Assembly: GCA_039630545.1 (NCBI GenBank)
Contig: JBCNUU010000004.1
Location: 77,207 to 141,206, forward strand
Origin: Endomicrobiia bacterium
GTDB taxonomy: Bacteria; Elusimicrobiota; Endomicrobiia; DTEH01
Direction: 5' to 3'
Length of the DNA stretch: 64,000 bases
Numbering within the stretch: the stretch's first letter is position 1; every line of letters starts with the position of its first letter. The translations under genes and the position numbers were made by a program. This document shows, piece after piece, positions 1 through 10,398 of the stretch. The notes below the pieces were generated by a model. That model had not been told where the DNA came from. It ran no database searches and saw only the letters and a list, made by a program, of their open reading frames with translations.

Positions 1-905
1 AAAATTAGTTTTAACAGGGGAAATTTTTTATAATCTATATTGTAAAATTTTATTTTATTTAAGTCTTTAGTTGAAAGATTTTTAAAAGACCCATTAATTC
101 TTTTCCCTATACACATACCTAAAGCATAAGAAATTGGAATTCTCATGTCAGGATAAAAAAGCACAGCCTTGATATTTCCATCTATAAATTCTACCATTGA
201 ATGAATTAAAGATTGAGGATGAATCACTATATCTATATTTTGATAGGGCACATCAAACAAAAAATGTGCTTCTATGTATTCAAAACCTTTATTAACTAAG
301 GTAGCTGAATCTACAGAAATTTTTTTACCCATCTTCCAGACAGGATGAGTTATAATTTTTTCTGGTGTTTTATTTTTAATTTTTTTTCTAAATAGAGGTC
401 CTCCTGAAGCAGTTAAAATTATCTTTTTTATACTTTCTTTTTTTTCATTGTTTAAACATTGCAAGATTGCAACATGTTCACTATCTACAGGCACAAGGAA
501 TATATTGTTTTTTCTCACTTCTCTCATTAAAATATCACCAGCTACTACTAAAGTTTCTTTATTCGCTAAAGCTATATTTTTTATTTTCTTTCTAATAGCA
601 AAAAAAGTAGGCTTAAGTCCACCTATTCCAACTATAGCATTCACTAATATATCAGGATTTGTCTTATCTATTAACTCTAAAAGTCCTTCTTCTCCCCAAA
701 AAATTTTTTTTCCAAAAAATTTTTTTCTACTTTTATCTACTATGCAAACATATGGAACTTTGAACTCTTTTGCTTGTAGCTGTAATAACTCTACATTACT
801 TTTTGAAGCTAACCCTACTACCTCAAATTGATCTCTATTTGCCGAAATTACATCTAATACACTTCTACCAATCGAACCAGAAGAACCTAAAATTAAAACT
901 TTCAT
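1..905 (-). CDS. dxr: 1-deoxy-D-xylulose 5-phosphate reductoisomerase, 3' end truncated by the window edge (absent from the ORF track)
   Basis: Manual translation from ATG at 905 gives MKVLILGSSGSIG...ALANKETLV...PVDSEH...LTASGGP...HPVWKMGKKISVDSATLVNKGFE...HPQSLIHSMVEF, all DXR motifs. It follows uppS-cdsA as usual. Confidence 0.96.
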   Translation of the reverse strand, partial: MKVLILGSSGSIGRSVLDVISANRDQFEVVGLASKSNVELLQLQAKEFKVPYVCIVDKSRKKFFGKKIFWGEEGLLELIDKTNPDILVNAIVGIGGLKPTFFAIRKKIKNIALANKETLVVAGDILMREVRKNNIFLVPVDSEHVAILQCLNNEKKESIKKIILTASGGPLFRKKIKNKTPEKIITHPVWKMGKKISVDSATLVNKGFEYIEAHFLFDVPYQNIDIVIHPQSLIHSMVEFIDGNIKAVLFYPDMRIPISYALGMCIGKRINGSFKNLSTKDLNKIKFYNIDYKKFPLLKLI

Positions 906-907
906 TT

Positions 908-1732
908 TTATTTTAAAAAAAACAGAATTAAGTAATAAAAAATTGGCCCTGTAAACAGAAAACTATCAAATCTATCCATCATACCACCATGTCCAAATAA
1001 TAAATTATCTGAATCTTTAAACCCACAATCTCTTTTTATAAGAGATTCAGTAAGATCAGACAAAGTGGCAAGGGGTGTAATTATTAAACTTAAAATTATT
1101 AAATCTCTAAATTTAATAGTTGTATCTATTTGAAAAATTCTGCTAAAAAATAAAAAAGCTAATATCCCAGAAATAATACTACTTGTAAATCCAACAACAG
1201 TTTTTTTAGGACTTATTATTGAAGCTAACTTTCTTCTACCAAATAATGAACCAAAAAAATAAGCTGAGTTATCTGCTATCCATATAGTGAAAAATAAAAT
1301 ATATGTTAATTTCATACCATAATTTTTAATATCCCTTATAAGATAAAGATGGGCTAAACTCCAGGCAAACAAAAATGGAAACAAAAACCCAACACTTATC
1401 CTTCCAACAGCTCCTAGAGGTTTTTGTTTTAAAATTTCTAAAAAACATATCAAAATTAATATCAAAGTAATATTTGCTGAGGTGAAATATAAAGAAAACT
1501 TAGTAAAAACAATAGGTTCAAATATTATAGACAAAAATATAATTATGCCTACAAAAAATATAACAATCTTTGAAACTTGGTAACCTACTTTATTTACCAT
1601 ATAAGTAAATTCTTTCAAGATGTAAAATAAAATAACTAATAATAAAAATAAAAATAAAAAATTTCCATAATAAATACTAATAACTACTATTGGAATTCCA
1701 AAAATTCCGGTTAATATTCTGGGTAATAACAT
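908..1732 (-). CDS. cdsA: phosphatidate cytidylyltransferase
   Basis: Multi-TM protein with ISPKKT and SDLTESLIKRDCGFKDSDNLLFGHGGMMDRFDS motifs; lies between uppS and dxr. Confidence 0.95.
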   Translation of the reverse strand: MLLPRILTGIFGIPIVVISIYYGNFLFLFLLLVILFYILKEFTYMVNKVGYQVSKIVIFFVGIIIFLSIIFEPIVFTKFSLYFTSANITLILILICFLEILKQKPLGAVGRISVGFLFPFLFAWSLAHLYLIRDIKNYGMKLTYILFFTIWIADNSAYFFGSLFGRRKLASIISPKKTVVGFTSSIISGILAFLFFSRIFQIDTTIKFRDLIILSLIITPLATLSDLTESLIKRDCGFKDSDNLLFGHGGMMDRFDSFLFTGPIFYYLILFFLK

Positions 1733-1754
1733 ATTTATTTAATTATGTAATCAC

Positions 1755-2474
1755 TTAAGAACTTGTTATTTTACCAAATCTTCTTTCTCTACTTTGAAAT
1801 TCTTTTATTGCTAAAACAAATTCTTTAGGTGTAAAATCAGGCCAAAGTGTTTCTGTGAAATAAAGCTCAGTATATGCTATCTGCCATAACATAAAATTTG
1901 AAATTCTTAACTCTCCTGAAGTGCGAATTAAAAAATCAAGTGGCGGCAAATCTTTGGTATATAAAAATTTCTCAAATTTCTCTTCATCAATTTTTGTCAT
2001 ACCAGACTTTAAAATTTTATTCACAGCACGAATAATTTCTGAACGTCCACTGTAATTGATACATAAATTAAGTATCAAACCCGTATTATTTTTAAGCTGA
2101 TTTACCAAAGTTTCTAACATTTTTTTTGTTTTATCTTCAAGCTGAGAAATATCTCCACTGACTACTAACTTTATATTATTTTTGATTAAGTTTTTTTTTT
2201 CTCTTATTATATAATATTTCAATAAATTAAATAAACCTTCAACTTCCTGCTTTGGCCGCTGCCAATTTTCTGTGGAAAAAGCAAAAAGTGATAAACATTT
2301 TATCCCTAACTTCGCTGAGGTTTCAATTATTGATTTTACTACTTTTGCACCAGCTTTGTGCCCAAAAATCCTAGGTAATCCTCTTTTTTGAGCCCATCGT
2401 CCATTTCCATCCATTATGATACCTACATGTTTAGGAATCTTTTTTTCGTCTAGTTCTATATTCAAAAATTTCAT
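1755..2474 (-). CDS. uppS: undecaprenyl diphosphate synthase (cis-prenyltransferase)
   Basis: HVGIIMDGNGRWA, FSTENWQRP and IRTSGELRISNFMLWQ motifs. Confidence 0.97.
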   Translation of the reverse strand: MKFLNIELDEKKIPKHVGIIMDGNGRWAQKRGLPRIFGHKAGAKVVKSIIETSAKLGIKCLSLFAFSTENWQRPKQEVEGLFNLLKYYIIREKKNLIKNNIKLVVSGDISQLEDKTKKMLETLVNQLKNNTGLILNLCINYSGRSEIIRAVNKILKSGMTKIDEEKFEKFLYTKDLPPLDFLIRTSGELRISNFMLWQIAYTELYFTETLWPDFTPKEFVLAIKEFQSRERRFGKITSS

Positions 2475-2479
2475 TACAG

Positions 2480-3037
2480 TTAATTCTCCAGAATCTCTTT
2501 TGTTTTTTGCTTTAATAATTCATCTATCTTGCTTATATATGCCTCTGTAATTTTTTGGATTTGTTGTTCTGCTTGTCTTTCTTCATCTTCGGAAATTTTC
2601 TTATCTTTTTTTAGTTGACGAAGAGATTCTATGGCTGTTCTTCTTTCATTTCTTATTGCAACTCGAAAGTCCTCAGCCAACTTATTTACCTGTCGGATTA
2701 ATTCCTGGCGCCTTTCATCGGTAAGAGCAGGAACCGTAATCTTTATGGCTTTTCCATCATTAATAGGAGTAAGTCCTAGTGGCGAATTTAAAATAGCCTT
2801 TTCTATACTTACTAAATTTTTATTGTCCCACGGTCTTATTTCTATAATTTTTCCGTCTATTACATTAATATTACCAATTTGATTTAATTTCATCTTAGTA
2901 CCATAACATTCTACTTCTATGTTCTCCACCAAACTTATAGATGCTCTACCTGTCCTTATACTTAAAAATTCACTTTTGCATTTTTCTACTGTTTTTTTCA
3001 TTAAATCTTCTGTTTTAGCAAAAATTTCTTTTATCAT
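2480..3037 (-). CDS. frr: ribosome recycling factor
   Basis: SIRTGRAS, LGLTPINDG, PALTDERRQEL, RVAIRNERR. Start set at ATG 3037 because GGAGG at 3050-3054 directly abuts the TTG at 3049 used by the ORF track. Confidence 0.96.
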   Translation of the reverse strand: MIKEIFAKTEDLMKKTVEKCKSEFLSIRTGRASISLVENIEVECYGTKMKLNQIGNINVIDGKIIEIRPWDNKNLVSIEKAILNSPLGLTPINDGKAIKITVPALTDERRQELIRQVNKLAEDFRVAIRNERRTAIESLRQLKKDKKISEDEERQAEQQIQKITEAYISKIDELLKQKTKEILEN

Positions 3038-3065
3038 ATAAAATTCCAACCTCCATCAATAAAAA

Positions 3066-3767
3066 TTAAATAATGGTGGTCCCAACTTCTTCACCTTTTA
3101 TAGCTCTTAAAAGATTCCCTTTTTTATACAAATTAAAAACTTTTACTGGTAGATTATTTTCCATACATAACGAAAATGCAGTTGTATCCATTATTTTTAA
3201 ACCCTTATTAATAGCTTCTATAAATGTAAGTTTTTTGTATCTTTTAGCTTTTGGATTCTTTTTAGGATCATCGTCATAAACTCCATCTACTTGTGTTGCT
3301 TTTAATAATACTTCAGCATTTATCTCTATAGCCCTTAAAGCTGCTGTAGTATCTGTGGTAAAATAAGGATTACCAGTCCCTGCAGCAAAAATCACAATCC
3401 TTCCTTTCTCAAGATGACGAATAGCTCTTCTTCTTATATATGGTTCTGCTATTTTAGGCATCTCAATTGCTGACATTACCCTTGTGTGAAGCCCTATAGA
3501 TTCTAATACTGATTGTAGTGCTAATGCATTTATTACTGTAGCCAACATTCCCATATAATCTGCTGTAGTACGTTCTATAAAACTTACATTTTTCCCTCTT
3601 AAAATATTACCAGCACCTACTACTATCCCAAGCTGGACTTTATACTTTTCTACTGCTGTTTTTATTTCATCTGCAAGTTCATTTAAAGAAGTTTCTGAAA
3701 TACCAAAATTAGAAGACTTTTCACCAATACTTTCACCTGAAATTTTGAGCATTATTCTTCTATACAT
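3066..3767 (-). CDS. pyrH: UMP kinase
   Basis: LKISGE, ADYMGMLATVINALALQ, GTGNPYFTTDTTAALRA; tsf-pyrH-frr synteny. Confidence 0.97.
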   Translation of the reverse strand: MYRRIMLKISGESIGEKSSNFGISETSLNELADEIKTAVEKYKVQLGIVVGAGNILRGKNVSFIERTTADYMGMLATVINALALQSVLESIGLHTRVMSAIEMPKIAEPYIRRRAIRHLEKGRIVIFAAGTGNPYFTTDTTAALRAIEINAEVLLKATQVDGVYDDDPKKNPKAKRYKKLTFIEAINKGLKIMDTTAFSLCMENNLPVKVFNLYKKGNLLRAIKGEEVGTTII

Positions 3768-3850
3768 AAAATCTCTCCTCTTTTAAAAAGATTTACTTCA
3801 TTGACAAGAACTAAAAGGAAAGAAATTATGGTTATCTTCTACCATTATTT

Positions 3851-4486
3851 TTAATTTAATTCTTCACCTAATACATATCTAACAAATCTACGAATGGTAA
3901 TGTTTTCTTGAAGTTTTGATATTGTTTGAAGTAATAAATCTTTTACTTTTTGTTTTCCCTGAGGATCTCTAATATAAGGTTGTTCTAAAAGACATGTTTC
4001 CTCATAAAACTTTGTCAGTTTTCCCTCAATAACTTTCTCTAATACACTCTCAGGTTTATCTTTATATTTTTCTTCAGTAAGTAGTTGTTTTTTATATATC
4101 TCTTTTTCCCTTTCTAATACCTCTTGTGGAACATCTTCTTTTTTAATCCACTTAGGGCCACAAGCAGCAATTTGCATACAGATTTCTTTAGCTAAGTTTC
4201 TGAATTCTTCAGTTCTAGCAACAAAATCAGTCTCACAATTTATTTCAAGCATTACACCTATTCTATCACCAGGATGAATATAGGATATAATAATTCCATT
4301 ATTTCCTGGTTTACTTGCAGACTTTGATAATGCTTTAACTATCCCTCGTTCTCTTAATAGAGTTATTGCTTTTTCTATATCATAGTTTGTTTCTTCTAAA
4401 ACCTTTTTACAATCTAAAATTCCTGCTCCTGTAGCGCTCCTCAGTTTCTGCAGAAGTTTAATTTGTTCTACATTATTACTTGCCAT
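3851..4486 (-). CDS. tsf: elongation factor Ts (short form)
   Basis: LRSATGAGILDCKKVL, EINCETDFVAR, LLEQPYIRD; downstream of rpsB. Confidence 0.97.
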   Translation of the reverse strand: MASNNVEQIKLLQKLRSATGAGILDCKKVLEETNYDIEKAITLLRERGIVKALSKSASKPGNNGIIISYIHPGDRIGVMLEINCETDFVARTEEFRNLAKEICMQIAACGPKWIKKEDVPQEVLEREKEIYKKQLLTEEKYKDKPESVLEKVIEGKLTKFYEETCLLEQPYIRDPQGKQKVKDLLLQTISKLQENITIRRFVRYVLGEELN

Positions 4487-4488
4487 AT

Positions 4489-5280
4489 CTATCCTCCCTG
4501 AATATCTTCTTTTGATAAATCAATTTCTTTAGAAATTTCTTCTTCTGATAATGGCTCAGATACAGGTATCTCTTCAGCTGATGTAGTCTGCTGTAATAGT
4601 TTTTTATTGCCTTCAATTACTGCATCTGCTATAGTAGAACATACAAGTTTAATTGACCTTATTGCGTCGTCGTTTGCAGGAATAGGATACTCTATTAAAT
4701 CGGGATCAGCATCTGTATCACATATTCCAACAATTGGTATTTTCATTCTTTTTGCTTCCTTTACAGCAATTTGTTCATATACAACATCCACAATAAAAAC
4801 TATATCAGGAAGTTTTTCCATGTTTCTTATACCTTCTAACATTTTTTGTAATTTTAACATCTTTTTTAGCATCATCTTTGCTTCTTTCTTTTTTAACTTT
4901 TCAAACAATCCCTCTTTCTGCATCTTTTCAAGTTCTTCTAATTTCTTAACGGATTTTCTAATAGTTTCAAAATTTGTCAATATGCCTGGAAGCCATTTGT
5001 AATTTACAAAATAAGCACCACATCTTTCTGCCTCCTGCTTTAGAGTCTGTTGCGCTTGGGGCTTCGTACCTACAAAGAGTATTTTTTTTCCTTCAGCAAT
5101 TGAGTCTTTCACAAAACTATAGGCTCTTCTTATTTCCCTTACAGTTTTTTGTAAGTCAAGAATATGAATTTTGTTTCTTGCACCAAAAATATATGGTTTC
5201 ATTTTGGGATTCCACTTCCTTGTTTGATGCCCAAAATGAACACCTGCTTCCAATAATGTTTTTAAAGTAACATTTACCAT
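4489..5280 (-). CDS. rpsB: 30S ribosomal protein S2
   Basis: LLEAGVHFGHQTRKWNPKM, PIPANDDAIRSI. Confidence 0.98.
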   Translation of the reverse strand: MVNVTLKTLLEAGVHFGHQTRKWNPKMKPYIFGARNKIHILDLQKTVREIRRAYSFVKDSIAEGKKILFVGTKPQAQQTLKQEAERCGAYFVNYKWLPGILTNFETIRKSVKKLEELEKMQKEGLFEKLKKKEAKMMLKKMLKLQKMLEGIRNMEKLPDIVFIVDVVYEQIAVKEAKRMKIPIVGICDTDADPDLIEYPIPANDDAIRSIKLVCSTIADAVIEGNKKLLQQTTSAEEIPVSEPLSEEEISKEIDLSKEDIQGG

Positions 5281-5324
5281 TTTTTTCTCCTTTTGTAAAA
5301 AATATTAAAAATATTATAAATTTA

Positions 5325-5351
5325 AGTATAAAATTATAAACTACTTTTCAA
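5325..5351 (-). promoter_or_regulatory. candidate housekeeping promoter for the rpsB operon (TTGAAA-N15-TATACT)
   Basis: -35-like hexamer at 5346-5351 and -10-like hexamer at 5325-5330 on the minus strand; AGGAG RBS before rpsB. The region is very AT-rich, so a chance match is possible. Confidence 0.4.
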
Positions 5352-6186
5352 TAGTTAGTTGAAATTTTTCAATTTCTTTTTTCTTTTCAAGGGGAAATTT
5401 TGAATCAATACTTTTGGTTGGACATTTTAGTTTGCAAACTCCACAGTTATTACAATTTGTATATTTCATTATAGCTAAATTTTCTTCTAAATATATATCA
5501 GAAACAGGACATGATTTTACGCATATCCCGCAACCTATACATCCAACAGAACAAATCTGTCTTACTACTATACCCTTGTCTTTTGAACTACAAAGTATGT
5601 GAACATAATAATTGCATGGTACTAATTTTATTAGCTTATTAGGACAAACCCTCACACATAATCCACATCCAGTGCATTTAAGAGGATCAACCTCTGCTAC
5701 ATTGTTTTTAATAAAAATAGCATCAAAAGGACATACTTCTACACAATCCCCAAAACCTAAACATCCATATTTACACATTTTTTGACCATCAAAATACTTA
5801 TCAGCTATATCACATCTTTTAATTCCTTTATATATAAATTCATCCTTTGCGAAATTTCCTCCTTTGCATAGAACTACAGCTACTGTCCTTTGAAGATTTT
5901 CAACTTCTTTACCTAAAATATTTGCTATTTTTTTGCTCACATCAGGACCACCCGGTTTACATAAAGTGATCTCTACGCTATCTTTCAAGATTGCCTCAGC
6001 ATATTGTTCACATCCTGGATAACCACAAGCACCACAGTTAACACCAGGAAGGACTAAAACTATCTGTTCTTTTAGAGGATCTTCTTCAACTTTAAACTTT
6101 TTTGCAGCAACACTAAGTAGCATACCTATAACTACACTTGTGGTTCCCATTACTAATAAAGATTGTATTATAATAGATTCATTCAT
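5341..6186 (-). CDS. rnfB: Rnf complex subunit B (polyferredoxin)
   Basis: N-terminal TM helix, LPGVNCGACGYPGC FeS domain, several CxxCxxCxxxCP motifs; last gene of rnfCDGEAB. Confidence 0.94.
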   Translation of the reverse strand: MNESIIIQSLLVMGTTSVVIGMLLSVAAKKFKVEEDPLKEQIVLVLPGVNCGACGYPGCEQYAEAILKDSVEITLCKPGGPDVSKKIANILGKEVENLQRTVAVVLCKGGNFAKDEFIYKGIKRCDIADKYFDGQKMCKYGCLGFGDCVEVCPFDAIFIKNNVAEVDPLKCTGCGLCVRVCPNKLIKLVPCNYYVHILCSSKDKGIVVRQICSVGCIGCGICVKSCPVSDIYLEENLAIMKYTNCNNCGVCKLKCPTKSIDSKFPLEKKKEIEKFQLTIEK

Positions 6187-6189
6187 AAC

Positions 6190-6777
6190 CTAAAACCCAA
6201 ATAATCCTATTAAACCCATAAATGACAAAGACATCAAAGCTGAAGTAACAAAAACTATACCGTAACCTTTTGCTGCATTAGGTAAAGGTGCTAATTCTAT
6301 TCTTTCTCTTATTGATGAAAAAAGAATAATTGCTAAAGTATAACCTATTGCTGTACCAGAAGAAAAAACAATTGTTTGAAGAAGTGAATACTGATAATCT
6401 ACCACAAGAAAAGCCACAGCTAATATAGCACAATTAGTAGTAATCAATGGTAAATATATCCCCAGAGCTTTAAATAAACCTGGTAAAAACTTTTTCATAA
6501 ATAATTCTACAAGTTGAACAAGTGAAGAAATTATCAATATGAAAACAATTATTTTCAAAAATTCAAGATTTAATGGTAACAACACAAAATAATAAAGAAA
6601 CCACGAAACAACAGCTGCTAGATTCATAACAAAAAACACTGCAGCCGACATTCCTAGTGCAGAAGACAATTTATTTGAAACACCAAAAAATGAACATAAT
6701 CCTAAAAATTTCATTAAAATTATATTATTTACAAAGATAGATGAAATAAAAATTCCTAATAGAGAAATATTATTCAT
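6190..6777 (-). CDS. rnfA: Rnf complex subunit A
   Basis: FLGLCSFFGVS, LGIYLPLITTNCAIL; multi-TM. Confidence 0.95.
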   Translation of the reverse strand: MNNISLLGIFISSIFVNNIILMKFLGLCSFFGVSNKLSSALGMSAAVFFVMNLAAVVSWFLYYFVLLPLNLEFLKIIVFILIISSLVQLVELFMKKFLPGLFKALGIYLPLITTNCAILAVAFLVVDYQYSLLQTIVFSSGTAIGYTLAIILFSSIRERIELAPLPNAAKGYGIVFVTSALMSLSFMGLIGLFGF

Positions 6778-7451
6778 TTGTTCTTAAGAAACTCCATACA
6801 TGTGGATTTTAAGCTACAACCTTCACATGATGAAGGAAGGTTACTTATAATTTTTGTTTTTTTAATTAACTTGTTTTCTATATACTTTGTAATAGTAATT
6901 ACCACACCTGCAGCTAAAAATCCTCCTGGTGGTAAAACCATTATAACTGCTGGATAAGAAAACAATTCTTTTGAACCAAAAATTGTTCCTGAACCTAAAA
7001 GTTCTCTTATTATTCCTAAAATGACTATTGCTAAAAAAAAGCCTCCACCCATACTAATACCATCTACAAATGAATAAAAAATGTTATTCTTAGAGGCAAA
7101 AGCTTCAGCTCTTGCTAAAATTATACAATTAACCACTATTAATGGAATAAAAACGCCTAAACTTTCTGAAAGAGTAGGAAAGTAGGCTTTTATTGTATAA
7201 TCAACTATGGTGGTAAATGTAGCTATTACTACTATAAAAATAGGTATTCTAATATTATGCGGGATTATCCTCCTTATAAGTGAAATCAAAATATTCGAAC
7301 AAGTAAGAACAAATGTAGCTGCTAACCCCATACCTACAGCATCATTAGCTGTAGTTGAACATGCTAAAAAGGGACAAAGTCCTATCATCATTATAAGAAC
7401 AGGATTTTCTTTTAGAATACCTCTTAGTATTATTTCAAAAATTTTTCTCAT
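6774..7451 (-). CDS. rnfE: Rnf complex subunit E
   Basis: ENPVLIMMIGLCPFLA, FIPLIVVNCIILARAE, LPPGGF. Confidence 0.95.
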   Translation of the reverse strand: MRKIFEIILRGILKENPVLIMMIGLCPFLACSTTANDAVGMGLAATFVLTCSNILISLIRRIIPHNIRIPIFIVVIATFTTIVDYTIKAYFPTLSESLGVFIPLIVVNCIILARAEAFASKNNIFYSFVDGISMGGGFFLAIVILGIIRELLGSGTIFGSKELFSYPAVIMVLPPGGFLAAGVVITITKYIENKLIKKTKIISNLPSSCEGCSLKSTCMEFLKNK

Positions 7452-8137
7452 TGTTGTGGTTGTATTTCTTGTTGAAGATATGTTGTAGTTAACTGCTCTA
7501 AAACAGCAGAAAATGAACTTTTTTTAGTATTTGATTGCATGCGTTGCGGTTTTATCTGTAAACTATAATGTTCCTGTTGAACCTTTGACAATGACAAAAT
7601 ATATTTATTTAACTCCTCATCTAAAAGTAATTCCTGTAAAGAATTAGTAATTGCTTTTGAGGTTATAGTAGCACCTGTGATAGCATCAATTTTTCCTTGA
7701 ACATTATCTTTCTTAAGTACTAATTCTTGAGGTACTTTATCAATAAATTGTGACAAAAATTTATCTTTTGCAACATTTGCACCTAAACCTGGTGTTTCTT
7801 TATGTGAAAGTACTTTAATACCTATTATTTTTAAAGGAACTTCAGGTTTTATTCCCACCAGATACTCTATGGGCCCACCATATCCTTTACAAGAATTTTT
7901 TACTAAAATACCTATAAGAGTATTTTTTTCATCGAAACATTCTTCTATATTAAGTTTTTCTAAACTTTTCACAACAAAATTTTCCATATGTGGTATTATT
8001 TGTTTTTTAAGTTTTACTTCTTTTTGTACTTTATTTAACTGAATGCGAGGTTGAGTTTTAACATATAAAAAAGATAAACTTACAGCAGAAAAACAACATA
8101 CAATAAATAACACTATTATCATGTTAAGTGTTTTCAT
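7448..8137 (-). CDS. rnfG: Rnf complex subunit G (FMN-binding)
   Basis: N-terminal TM, GYGGPI, HKETPGLG, flavinylation motif DAITGATITS. Confidence 0.94.
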   Translation of the reverse strand: MKTLNMIIVLFIVCCFSAVSLSFLYVKTQPRIQLNKVQKEVKLKKQIIPHMENFVVKSLEKLNIEECFDEKNTLIGILVKNSCKGYGGPIEYLVGIKPEVPLKIIGIKVLSHKETPGLGANVAKDKFLSQFIDKVPQELVLKKDNVQGKIDAITGATITSKAITNSLQELLLDEELNKYILSLSKVQQEHYSLQIKPQRMQSNTKKSSFSAVLEQLTTTYLQQEIQPQQ

Positions 8138-9072
8138 TTTTTATTATACCCAAATTTTTTACGGATGGTACTTTCATCTATCAACGGTGTAAAAAGATTC
8201 ATAAATAATATTGAAAAACATACTCCTTCTGGATAACTTCCCCAAAAACGAATAATACATGTAAGGATTCCGCAAAGTAAAGCAAATATTATTTTCCCTT
8301 TGGGAGTTACAGGAGTAGTAACAGGATCAGTTATCATAAAAATCCCACCTAAAAAAATTCCGCCAGAAAATAAATAAATCCACAGATGTCTTAAATCAAC
8401 TATTGCTGTAAACAAAGCAATAACTAATATATAAAAAACAGGTACAAAAGGATTTATATGTCTTCTAGCAACAAGATATAAGTAACCTAAAAGTAATAAA
8501 ATTACAGAAGTCTCTCCAATACATCCTGGATAATTACCTAAAATTAATGTTTTAATCTCTGGCAAAGAATTTATTTGTTCAGGAAAATGTTTTAAAACAG
8601 TAAGAGGGGTTGCAGAAGTAATTCCGTCAATACTAAAATTCCCCATATGCTGAGGAAACGCAATATGAACAAAAGCTCTTCCTATTAGTGCCGGATTAAA
8701 CGGATTATATCCTAAACCTCCATAAAAATGTTTAGCAAATACAATAGCTATAAAACATCCAATTGCAACAATCCATATAGGAATTTTAGGTGGAAGTGTA
8801 TAAGCAAAAAGTATACCTGTAATAACACAACTTAAATCATAAATTGTAGTTTTCTGTTTTCTTAAAAAATTTACAAATAATTCAAATAAAATTGAAAAAA
8901 CTACCGAAGCCAGTATAACTAAAGCAACATAGTATCCAAAAAATATCACCGCACCGATCCCAGCTGGAATTAAGGCAAATATGGTGTCTCTCATCATTGT
9001 AGAAATAGTGTGGGTGGCTCTTACATGAGGAGCTGGAGTGATATAATATTCTTTTTCGTTTTGTGTTTGCAT
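8134..9072 (-). CDS. rnfD: Rnf complex subunit D
   Basis: GGLGYNPFNPA, FMN motif DGITSATPL, GCIGETS, FMITDPVTTP. Confidence 0.95.
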   Translation of the reverse strand: MQTQNEKEYYITPAPHVRATHTISTMMRDTIFALIPAGIGAVIFFGYYVALVILASVVFSILFELFVNFLRKQKTTIYDLSCVITGILFAYTLPPKIPIWIVAIGCFIAIVFAKHFYGGLGYNPFNPALIGRAFVHIAFPQHMGNFSIDGITSATPLTVLKHFPEQINSLPEIKTLILGNYPGCIGETSVILLLLGYLYLVARRHINPFVPVFYILVIALFTAIVDLRHLWIYLFSGGIFLGGIFMITDPVTTPVTPKGKIIFALLCGILTCIIRFWGSYPEGVCFSILFMNLFTPLIDESTIRKKFGYNKK

Positions 9073-9080
9073 GAAAATAT

Positions 9081-10385
9081 TTATCTGTTTATATTTTGTA
9101 TCTTTAAAAATTCTTTTGCATATTTTATCTGAGATACTATTGGTCTTTTAGCAACACATATATAAGAACAACATCCACATTCAATACAATCATATAATGA
9201 ATATTTCTGTAATTTTTCCCATTTTTTGTGCTCTATGTAAACACTTAAAAAATTAGGCATAAGTTTCATAGGACAAACAGATATACATTTAGCACACCTT
9301 ATACATTGGAAGTAAAAATCATCAATCTGATTTGTTAAAAAAATTATACCCGAAGTACCTTTAATAACAGGTGTATCTAATGTTTTCTGTGCAATACCCA
9401 TCATTGGACCACCCATTATTATTTTGTTTATATCTGTAAGATCAATATTTAAAATATGTACTATATCTTTAATAGAAATTCCTATTGGAAGTATAAAATT
9501 TCCTATTCTATTTATATTTCCGGAAATAGTGACTGCTCTTTCTATAAGAGGTATTCCTTTTGTAATACATCTATATATTGCTACTAAAGTAGAAACATTA
9601 TGTACTATAACACCAACATCCATCGGCAAACCACCTGACGGAACTTCTCTGTTAAGTACTGTTTTTATAAGTTGTTTTTCTGCCCCTTGAGGATATCTAG
9701 TTTTTACAACTTTCACTTCTACATTTGGAACTTTTTCAACTTTCTGTTTAATTTTATAAATTGCTTCGGGTTTGTTATCTTCTATTACTACTATACCTTT
9801 CATAGCATCAACTATATACATAACTATTCTTAAACCTTCTACCACTTCATCATAGTATTCCTGCATAACTCTATCATCGACTGTTAAATAAGGCTCACAC
9901 TCACATCCATTTGCAATAACATAATCTATTAGTTTATCTTTAGGAGGATTTAATTTAATATGTGTAGGAAACATAGCACCACCTAAACCAACAACTCCAC
10001 TTTCTTTAATATGGTTGACAAGTTCTTCTTTTGGAAATCTATGATAGTCTTTATATTTAGAAGAAAATTCAACAGATGTATTTTTACCATCATTTTCTAT
10101 TATTATAGCGGGCATTTTTCTACACAAAGTGGGATGATAAATTTCTTTTATATCTATGACCTTTCCAGAAACCGGAGAGTGTAAATTTGAAGATATTAAA
10201 CCATCTGCTTCAGCTATTTTTTGACCTTTTAAAACATAATCTCCTGTCTTAACTAGAGGTTTCGATATCTTGCCTGCATGTTGCTGAAGATGCAAATATA
10301 AATACTGAGGTAAAGGCAGAGTTTCAAATCTGTAATGTCTCGATTTTTTTTCTTCTTTTGGATGTAAACCTCCATAAAATCCCAT
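9081..10385 (-). CDS. rnfC: Rnf complex subunit C
   Basis: GVVGLGGAMFPTHIK, NGCECEPYLT, YPQGAEKQLI, GGPMMG, two CxxCxxCxxxC clusters. Confidence 0.96.
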   Translation of the reverse strand: MGFYGGLHPKEEKKSRHYRFETLPLPQYLYLHLQQHAGKISKPLVKTGDYVLKGQKIAEADGLISSNLHSPVSGKVIDIKEIYHPTLCRKMPAIIIENDGKNTSVEFSSKYKDYHRFPKEELVNHIKESGVVGLGGAMFPTHIKLNPPKDKLIDYVIANGCECEPYLTVDDRVMQEYYDEVVEGLRIVMYIVDAMKGIVVIEDNKPEAIYKIKQKVEKVPNVEVKVVKTRYPQGAEKQLIKTVLNREVPSGGLPMDVGVIVHNVSTLVAIYRCITKGIPLIERAVTISGNINRIGNFILPIGISIKDIVHILNIDLTDINKIIMGGPMMGIAQKTLDTPVIKGTSGIIFLTNQIDDFYFQCIRCAKCISVCPMKLMPNFLSVYIEHKKWEKLQKYSLYDCIECGCCSYICVAKRPIVSQIKYAKEFLKIQNINR

Positions 10386-10398
10386 ATTAATTAAGCCT

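Noticed and set aside
3768..3850. TTGACA on the plus strand (3801-3806) and a weak hairpin after tsf
   Set aside because: No well-spaced -10 and no plus-strand gene. The AT-rich imperfect stem is too weak to call a terminator inside the conserved tsf-pyrH operon.
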